Shown here piece after piece: positions 1-5,302 of a DNA stretch of 9,800 nucleotides. Positions within the stretch are counted from its first letter, which is position 1; the number at the start of each line of letters is the position of its first letter. Under the pieces are notes generated by a model. The model saw nothing but the letters and a program-made list of their open reading frames with translations. It was not told the origin of the DNA and did not search any database. This DNA is from a virus. Lineage: Duplodnaviria > Heunggongvirae > Uroviricota > Caudoviricetes. Position numbers and translations under genes: made by a program. The stretch spans positions 1 to 9,800 of the IMG/VR virus record IMGVR_UViG_2778261535_000015; one strand, 5' to 3'.

Positions 1-318
1 ATGAAAAAGATAGCTGCTATATCATTAATTAGTGTTTTTCTTATGTCTGGGTGTGCTGTGCATAATGATGAGACAAGTATCGGTAAATTTGGCCTTGCAT
101 ATAAAAGTAATATTCAGCGTAAACTCGATAACCAATACTACACCGAAGCCGAAGCTTCTTTAGCCAGGGGCAGAATTTCTGGTGCAGAAAATATAGTAAA
201 AAATGATGCAGCTCATTTCTGTGTTACTCAGGGCAAAAAAATGCAGATAGTTAAATTGAAGACAGAAGGTGCAGGATTACATGGCGTCGCTCGTCTGACA
301 TTCAAATGTGGAGAGTGA
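1..318 (+). CDS. Hypothetical small lipoprotein, probably host-encoded flank
   Basis: Complete 105-aa ORF starting at the window's first base. N-terminus MKKIAAISLISVFLMSGC looks like a signal peptide followed by a lipobox-like cysteine. G+C resembles the backbone. No family recognised. Confidence 0.5.
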   Translation: MKKIAAISLISVFLMSGCAVHNDETSIGKFGLAYKSNIQRKLDNQYYTEAEASLARGRISGAENIVKNDAAHFCVTQGKKMQIVKLKTEGAGLHGVARLTFKCGE

Positions 319-379
319 GAATATTTTTGGTAAGCGTCAAACATGCGCGTTCTGGTTGTGCTTAGCCGGAACCTGTGCG

Positions 380-412
380 AGCACGATGCCGTTACGTGAA
401 AGGCATCGTGCT
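380..412. repeat. Perfect inverted repeat / hairpin (about 11-bp stem, 11-nt loop) in the lipoprotein-integrase intergenic region
   Basis: GCACGATGCC (381-390) and GGCATCGTGC (402-411), with A380/T412 extending the stem. No U-tract follows on either strand, so it is not a canonical intrinsic terminator. Confidence 0.5.
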
Positions 413-475
413 ATGAAGGGAGATTCTATCGATGTGGTCAATGGAAGACGGTGACCAGGGATAGGGCTTATGCAT

Positions 476-497
476 AAAAAATAAGCCCGTGTAAGGG
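476..497. other. Putative prophage attachment-site core (attL); resembles the P2 att core as I recall it
   Basis: AAAAAATAAGCCCGTGTAAGGG lies about 85 bp beyond the integrase 3' end. The match to the P2 core is from memory, not a search. A second partial copy, AAGGGAGATT, is at 416-425. Confidence 0.35.
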
Positions 498-581
498 CGT
501 TTTTCAGGGTAGGTAACATGGGCTTTCAGCGGTGCAATGCGGGTTTGCGCGGCACGCAAGACCACTGAAAGCCATAATAAA

Positions 582-1589
582 CTACCCTACTGTGGACACA
601 GTGTGGACACTCATGGAGTCAACGCCACCACGTAGCGGATTGAGTGAAACAGCATCCTGAAGATACTCCGGGGCAAAGTGCGCATAGACCATTGTCTGCT
701 CTATGCGTGAATGTCCCAGTATTCTCTGCAGGGTGATGATACTCCCGCCGTTAATCATAAAGTGGGTAGCAAAACTGTGACGCAATGCGTGAGTTGCTTG
801 CCCGTCCGGTAGATCTGGTTTTACATCTTTCATTGTTCGCCTGAACTTCGGATATGAGGCATCAGGGAACAGATAACCTTTACCCGCAATCATTACAGCA
901 ACTTCCTCAGAGATAGGGACTGTGCGCGGTTTGTTCGTCTTTGTTTTAACGAACGTCACCCGATTCTGTATTACGTTCTCAGCTTTCAGTTTCGCGGCTT
1001 CACCCCATCGAGCGCCGGTACTTAAACAGAGGATCGCGATTTTCTTGTTGTCCCCGTCAAGATTGGCAAGTAACAATGTTATTTCTTCCTGCGTCAGATA
1101 GCCTGTTTCTGGTTTCTGCTCCTTGAGCTTTTTCATCCCTCTGAAAGGGTGTTCGCCAAAAAACAGTTCCGCATCAATTAGCGCAGTAAACATACCACTC
1201 AGGCAGGTAAGGTCGCGGTTAATACTGGCCGGTTTTATGCCTTGCCCTCTGCGAGTCATGCTGTACTGGCTAATAAGCGCTTTGGTTATCTGGAACGCGC
1301 AAGGGTCATCAGTGATCCGGGTAAAGATTTCAATCTTACCCAAATTGGATTTTCCGTGTTCTTCATGCTTGCCTTTCAGATCCCACCAGACTTTTGTTAA
1401 TTCAGACAGATGCCGCTTATCTGTCGGTTTAGCTAGCCATTCTTTATCGTGATGGTTGTATTGAGTGTGTTTCTCAAAAGCTACAGCCTCACTTTTCTTG
1501 TCAAATTTCCTGCGGATGCGCTTTCCGTTGCGCCCTGCAGGTCTGATATCCACTTCATAACGACCATCATCGAGTTTCTTAATTGTCAT
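582..1589 (-). CDS. int: Tyrosine recombinase / phage integrase, P2 Int family
   Basis: 335-aa ORF whose N-terminus MTIKKLDDGRYEVDIRPAGRNGKRIRRKFDKKSEAVAFEKHTQYNHH matches P2 Int as I recall it. C-terminal catalytic signatures are present: LSTGARWGEA (Arg), HALRHSFATHF (H-x-x-R) and VYAHF (nucleophilic Tyr). Same strand as and downstream of the repressor, as in the P2 Pc operon. Confidence 0.93.
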   Translation of the reverse strand: MTIKKLDDGRYEVDIRPAGRNGKRIRRKFDKKSEAVAFEKHTQYNHHDKEWLAKPTDKRHLSELTKVWWDLKGKHEEHGKSNLGKIEIFTRITDDPCAFQITKALISQYSMTRRGQGIKPASINRDLTCLSGMFTALIDAELFFGEHPFRGMKKLKEQKPETGYLTQEEITLLLANLDGDNKKIAILCLSTGARWGEAAKLKAENVIQNRVTFVKTKTNKPRTVPISEEVAVMIAGKGYLFPDASYPKFRRTMKDVKPDLPDGQATHALRHSFATHFMINGGSIITLQRILGHSRIEQTMVYAHFAPEYLQDAVSLNPLRGGVDSMSVHTVSTVG

Positions 1590-1734
1590 AAGACCCCCAA
1601 ATGAATGGTGCTAGGTTGAGTTTTCTTTGCTGCTGTTAATTTTCCCTTGCGCTTAGATTTCACAAACTTGTTGTGCTTGTTGTATTTGGCAACAAGTAAA
1701 CAAATTTTGTAATAAAGATGCGCCTGGTGAATGG

Positions 1735-2034
1735 TTAACCAATCTTTTGGTCTGAGTGCTGCGATGTTGTTACATCTTGCTCAAAGTGTGCGAGGGCCGG
1801 TGCTATCTGACCGGCTTCGGGAGCAACCTGATCGGTCATAAACCACAACGTGTATTTGCTGAACTGGGGCATTTGCAAAATCCTCATCATTACGTCCGTG
1901 GGCGGTGTAGAACGACCACTTTCGTAATAACTTAAAGTGCCATAGGGAATGCCTGTTAAATCAGCAAGTTGCTGTCTGCTGAGATACTCAGACTTTCTGA
2001 TGAGTACAATTTTCTCGTTTAAGGCGTTTGACAT
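1735..2034 (-). CDS. C: Immunity repressor, P2 C-like (99 aa)
   Basis: 99 aa, the same length as P2 C. Helix-turn-helix-like segment SRQQLADLTGIPYGTLSYYESG near the N-terminus. Lies between int and cox, divergent from cox. Confidence 0.85.
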   Translation of the reverse strand: MSNALNEKIVLIRKSEYLSRQQLADLTGIPYGTLSYYESGRSTPPTDVMMRILQMPQFSKYTLWFMTDQVAPEAGQIAPALAHFEQDVTTSQHSDQKIG

Positions 2035-2150
2035 GGTGTTTAGATCTCAATACTATTTGATTTAGATGTAGACTGTTTGATGTTTAGAAATGAACATCAA
2101 AAGCAACTATAAGCCATTGGTGACGATTCTTAAACTTGTGAGGGCCTTAA
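2035..2150. promoter_or_regulatory. Divergent early/repressor promoter-operator region (Pe/Pc switch) with phased direct repeats
   Basis: Three copies of TTTAGA(T) begin at 2039, 2061 and 2083, exactly 22 bp apart, flanked by TTTGAT half-repeats. The region is bounded by the divergent C and cox start codons. P2 C is known to bind direct repeats around the Pe -10 region. Confidence 0.6.
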
Positions 2151-2426
2151 ATGGTTAAACAGATCGCGTTAAGCACAGATGCCGTCCCATATCAGGAGTT
2201 CGCAAAACTCATTGGTAAAACACCGGCAGCGGTGAAGGGGATGATTGAAAAAGGAAAGCTACCTGTAGTTGAAATGACCGATCCGCAATCAACTTCCGGG
2301 CGGGCAGGTGAGTACTGGGTCTATCTTCCAGCCTGGAACAACGGCATGAAAATGGCGTATGAGAGCCGCCCGAAGGAAATTAGGGAAGGGTGGTTAATGT
2401 GGTTGGGTCTGGGCAATCCATCATAA
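2151..2426 (+). CDS. cox: Cox-like excision directionality factor / Pc repressor (91 aa)
   Basis: 91 aa, the same length as P2 Cox. The segment GRAGEYWVYLPAWNNG...AYESRPKEIR.GWLMWLGLG resembles P2 Cox as I recall it. GAGGG ribosome-binding site 6 nt upstream of the ATG. First gene of the plus-strand early operon. Confidence 0.85.
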   Translation: MVKQIALSTDAVPYQEFAKLIGKTPAAVKGMIEKGKLPVVEMTDPQSTSGRAGEYWVYLPAWNNGMKMAYESRPKEIREGWLMWLGLGNPS

Positions 2427-2448
2427 GCAACTTACAGGGTTGAATAAA

Positions 2449-2796
2449 ATGGACACGGCAAAAATCTTTAAACTCTCAGATAGTCATACAGCGTTATCAA
2501 ATGTGTTTATACGGATTAAGGATAAAAGAACACCTTGCGGTAATTACTTTTTCCGTTTGGATAAGTTGGACTGCGTTTCGTTAGCAGATAATTCAGGACT
2601 AACACCATTAATTGAGGTTACTGGTGGGTATGTTGAACCCAGCGTCACTTATGAGCAATTCATGAGTTTTCTTTTTCAGGTATTTGATGACGTATCAAAA
2701 GGTGATAACAGCATCAGAGTTTATGAGTTGATTGTTGATGAAGAAACCGTGCGAGATGTACCACCTCGCACAAGAAAAACGATAACGCCACAGTGA
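2449..2796 (+). CDS. Hypothetical protein (about 116 aa), low-GC accessory gene
   Basis: The ORF track begins at a TTG at 2440; the ATG at 2449 is the more plausible start. About 30% G+C on the sampled line 2461-2520, against a much richer backbone. No recognisable motif. Confidence 0.5.
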   Translation: MDTAKIFKLSDSHTALSNVFIRIKDKRTPCGNYFFRLDKLDCVSLADNSGLTPLIEVTGGYVEPSVTYEQFMSFLFQVFDDVSKGDNSIRVYELIVDEETVRDVPPRTRKTITPQ

Positions 2797-2800
2797 TGGA

Positions 2801-3280
2801 TTATTTGAACCATTTACTAGATGGGTGAGTGTCACCAATGTGGTGCGTTTCCTCGAAAGATTTTGAGAAGTGCATGCCGGGGATAGCGACATCGGCTTGA
2901 TCCAGAATAGGAGCGTCGATAATGGCATTAAGGAAAAACTGGGCATTTTGCTTTGCTAATTCTAATGAGTCAAAGCCATTTCCTGAACTTTCGGTAACTT
3001 TAGACAGTTGTCCATTTTTTGAGATAAATAATTCCCAGCCCCATAGCGATTCATGCTGTTTTAAAGAAATAACTACAGATGGACAGTTTTCTGTATCGCC
3101 AGAATTAATATCGTCACCAGCCTTAATAAAGATTGGCGATTCCATAAGGCCTACAAAGTTCTCAAGGTCATCAATGGCTTTAGGTCTTGTTTCAAATAGT
3201 GGACTTTCAAAGAGGGGGGCACCATCGGAAAGCACCCAGTGTGATCCGTGGTCTTTTTTAAAAAATACATTGAATTTCAT
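2801..3280 (-). CDS. Hypothetical protein (159 aa), low-GC accessory gene opposing the early operon
   Basis: The minus-strand ORF 2801-3328 has an internal ATG at 3278-3280 preceded by AAGGAG at 5-nt spacing (reverse complement of 3287-3292), giving MKFNVFFKKDHGSHW.... Composition is protein-like. The overlapping plus-strand ORF 2922-3344 is low-complexity and rejected. Confidence 0.6.
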   Translation of the reverse strand: MKFNVFFKKDHGSHWVLSDGAPLFESPLFETRPKAIDDLENFVGLMESPIFIKAGDDINSGDTENCPSVVISLKQHESLWGWELFISKNGQLSKVTESSGNGFDSLELAKQNAQFFLNAIIDAPILDQADVAIPGMHFSKSFEETHHIGDTHPSSKWFK

Positions 3281-3305
3281 TACAACTCCTTCTGTGTTGG
3301 TGATT

Positions 3306-3345
3306 GTTATGCCTGATTCACCGCTCAAAGTTACACAGGCATAGC
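3306..3345. promoter_or_regulatory. Inverted repeat in the divergent intergenic region; candidate operator or promoter element
   Basis: TATGCCTG (3308-3315) and CAGGCATA (3336-3343) with a 20-nt spacer, extendable to 9 of 10 bp. Lies between the minus-strand gene start (3280) and the next plus-strand start (3419). Confidence 0.25.
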
Positions 3346-3418
3346 GATGTTATCACAGGAAACACGCGCCGGGCGTGGGGTCGTATCCCGGCATCTTTTC
3401 AATATGACGGAGATCATC

Positions 3419-3640
3419 ATGGACTTAACACAGTGCCCTTCACTCGCCAGCCTGCTCACCCACGGCCAGCAGATCACCCACCGTCAGCATCAACGTGGCT
3501 GGATTGAAACCCCGGACGGGAGGTTCTTCCAGCCGAAAGCGTTAGATGTTCAATTTGTTAAAAACTACCGTGTACCGTTCATGTCGCGCCCGCGTAATAA
3601 GCGCCGCTGGTTTTCCCGCTTAATGGGCATCTTTGCGTAG
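3419..3640 (+). CDS. Hypothetical small early-operon protein (73 aa from the preferred start)
   Basis: The ORF track runs 3347-3640. The ATG at 3419 has GGAG 6 nt upstream; the ATG at 3404 has no ribosome-binding site. G+C is backbone-like. Basic C-terminus RPRNKRRWFSRLMGIFA. Confidence 0.4.
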   Translation: MDLTQCPSLASLLTHGQQITHRQHQRGWIETPDGRFFQPKALDVQFVKNYRVPFMSRPRNKRRWFSRLMGIFA

Positions 3641-3655
3641 TTCGGGGAGGTGGTT

Positions 3656-4045
3656 ATGTTGATGGATAAGACAGAACAACAGCCAGGTCGCCGCCAGTTC
3701 TTAGAGCAACGGGCGCGGCTGCAAGCCAGTTTGAACGCCTCACGCGTGAATGACACTGCAACCCGTTTTAACCGCCTGGATGATGCCTGCAAAAAGGTGA
3801 TTTTCATCCTGGCAAACGATGCGTCCAGATACATAGTCGGAATGCCGAAGCTGACCGCCAAACAGCTGGGTTGTACTTACGAAAATCTAACCGAAAAGGA
3901 GCAAACGTGCCTTTTGATGGGCATTAAGCGCCTTTCCGAATTTGCAGCATCAATGCCGTGGGAATTTGAGGACTACGCCGCACCACGCGCCGAAATTCAG
4001 GCGATACGCGACAAACCACCCGCGCCAGATAACGCAGTAAATTAA
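3656..4045 (+). CDS. Hypothetical early-operon protein (about 129 aa)
   Basis: GGAGG at 3646-3650 precedes the ATG at 3656 by 5 nt; the ORF track starts at the GTG at 3650, which overlaps that site. The position corresponds to the P2 B / orf80-83 region, but no motif was recognised. Confidence 0.5.
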   Translation: MLMDKTEQQPGRRQFLEQRARLQASLNASRVNDTATRFNRLDDACKKVIFILANDASRYIVGMPKLTAKQLGCTYENLTEKEQTCLLMGIKRLSEFAASMPWEFEDYAAPRAEIQAIRDKPPAPDNAVN

Positions 4046-4115
4046 CAACTAACTACCCACAAAAAAGAAACAGGCGCTAACGCGTCGGGCTTCTTGCACC
4101 CTGGAGAAAGTAAAA

Positions 4116-5081
4116 ATGATTCGATCTCTCGTTAAATGGCCCGGTGGTAAAGGCCGCGTTATGCCTGATTTGCTGCCGATTCTGCCGAAAGCCGATTGCC
4201 TGGTGGAACCGTTTGTCGGCGGTGCTTCTGTTTTCCTCAATACTGAATATCGCCGTTATATCCTGGGTGATATCAACCCAGATTTAATTAACCTGTATCG
4301 CCAGATAACCCGCTGGCCTGATGCGGTGATCGACGCTGCTCGCCCACTGTTTAAAGTGTACGGCGATAAAGACGGCTATAAGTGGATCCGCGATGATTTC
4401 AACGCCCGCGCACGTGACCTACTGTCATTGCGCAGTGTGTTTGAAGATGGGCCGGACGCGGGCAAGATTCTTCGTGCAGCACAATTTCTTTACCTGAACC
4501 GTCACGGATATAACGGCGTAGTACGCTACAACCAACAGGGTGGATATAACGTTCCCTTTGGGCGTCACAAAACCCCGCCTTACTTCCCGGAAGAACAGAT
4601 CCGTTTATTCTCTGAAAAAGCTAACGACACGAAAGCCATTTTCGTGTGCTGCGATTTCCAGAGCACGTTAAAAATCATGATTGGTAGTGACGCGGTTATC
4701 TACTGCGATCCGCCATACCTGCCAACAAGCGAAACAGCTAATTTCACCCAATATCACACAGCCCCGTTTGGCATTAAAGAACATCGCCAGTTAGCTGCCG
4801 CCCTGCTGGATATTAACCGCCTTACTGGTTCGCCGGTGATCCTGTCCAATAGCGACACCCCAGCCACCCGCGAGATTTATCGCTCTTTCAACTTCCAGGA
4901 AATTATCGTTAACCGTTCTGTCAGCGCGAACGCCATTACCAGAGGGGCCGCCAGTGAAGTGATCGGCGTCCTCAAAGTCTGCGCGACTTGTCGCCGTGCC
5001 GGTGGTGGGTGCTGCCCTGACTGCGGCCCTTGTGCTGGTTATTCCGTGTGGGGTGGAACGGCTGACGAGGTGCTCTTCTGA
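4116..5081 (+). CDS. dam: DNA adenine (N6) methyltransferase, Dam family, with a Cys-rich C-terminal extension
   Basis: N-terminus LVKWPGGKGRVMPDLLPILPKADCLVEPFVGGASVFLN parallels the E. coli Dam AdoMet-binding region. The catalytic DPPY motif is in IYCDPPYLPTSETANFTQYHT. GGAGA ribosome-binding site 8 nt upstream. An extra tail of about 35 aa, CATCRRAGGGCCPDCGPCAG, follows the Dam-like core. Confidence 0.9.
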   Translation: MIRSLVKWPGGKGRVMPDLLPILPKADCLVEPFVGGASVFLNTEYRRYILGDINPDLINLYRQITRWPDAVIDAARPLFKVYGDKDGYKWIRDDFNARARDLLSLRSVFEDGPDAGKILRAAQFLYLNRHGYNGVVRYNQQGGYNVPFGRHKTPPYFPEEQIRLFSEKANDTKAIFVCCDFQSTLKIMIGSDAVIYCDPPYLPTSETANFTQYHTAPFGIKEHRQLAAALLDINRLTGSPVILSNSDTPATREIYRSFNFQEIIVNRSVSANAITRGAASEVIGVLKVCATCRRAGGGCCPDCGPCAGYSVWGGTADEVLF

Positions 5082-5302
5082 TGGCTAGCAAAATTAATAA
5101 CGGTCTTTCGGAATACCAGCGCGGCGCACTGGCTGCGCTTAACGAAGCCAAAACACTGGCCCTTGCACACGCAACGTTGGCGGGTGTTCTCGCCGGAAGT
5201 GAAGCCGCAAACACGCTGTTGATTTCTTTCAATGTGTTACTCGACCCGCTAATCGAAAAGCATTCCCAGCGGGAGGGTGATAGCGGGGCATCCAATGTCT
5301 GA
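5081..5302 (+). CDS. Hypothetical small Ala-rich protein (73 aa), translationally coupled to dam and A
   Basis: Its ATG overlaps the dam stop (TGATG at 5079-5083) and its stop overlaps the ATG of the replication gene (ATGTCTGA at 5295-5302). No motif recognised. Confidence 0.4.
   Translation: MASKINNGLSEYQRGALAALNEAKTLALAHATLAGVLAGSEAANTLLISFNVLLDPLIEKHSQREGDSGASNV

Noticed and set aside
337-519. 60-aa minus-strand ORF in the lipoprotein-integrase intergenic region
   Set aside because: It overlaps the hairpins and the putative att core, has no ribosome-binding site and looks arbitrary. More likely non-coding att/terminator sequence.
319-581. Search for a tRNA gene as integration target (as for P4-like elements)
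   Set aside because: No cloverleaf-compatible sequence or conserved T-loop (GTTCRANYC) found by eye. The integrase and flanking genes are P2-like, and P2-like phages do not need a tRNA site.
1123-1452. 109-aa plus-strand ORF inside the integrase gene
   Set aside because: Entirely antisense to a well-supported integrase CDS; Ser/Leu-rich translation typical of a spurious frame.
2922-3344. 140-aa plus-strand ORF (plus 2695-2946 minus) overlapping the 2801-3280 minus-strand gene
   Set aside because: Low-complexity Ser/Pro-rich translation and no ribosome-binding site, whereas the minus-strand frame has AAGGAG plus ATG and protein-like composition.
3304-3507. 67-aa plus-strand ORF overlapping the 3419-3640 frame
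   Set aside because: Alternative frame over the same DNA, Pro/His/Arg-rich and without a ribosome-binding site. It starts inside the divergent intergenic inverted repeat.
3565-3861. 98-aa minus-strand ORF antisense to the early-operon genes
   Set aside because: Spans the boundary between two plus-strand genes that have good ribosome-binding sites; Arg/Cys-rich antisense artefact typical of GC-rich DNA.
4049-4240. 63-aa minus-strand ORF overlapping the dam start region
   Set aside because: Antisense to the dam ribosome-binding site and start; no support.
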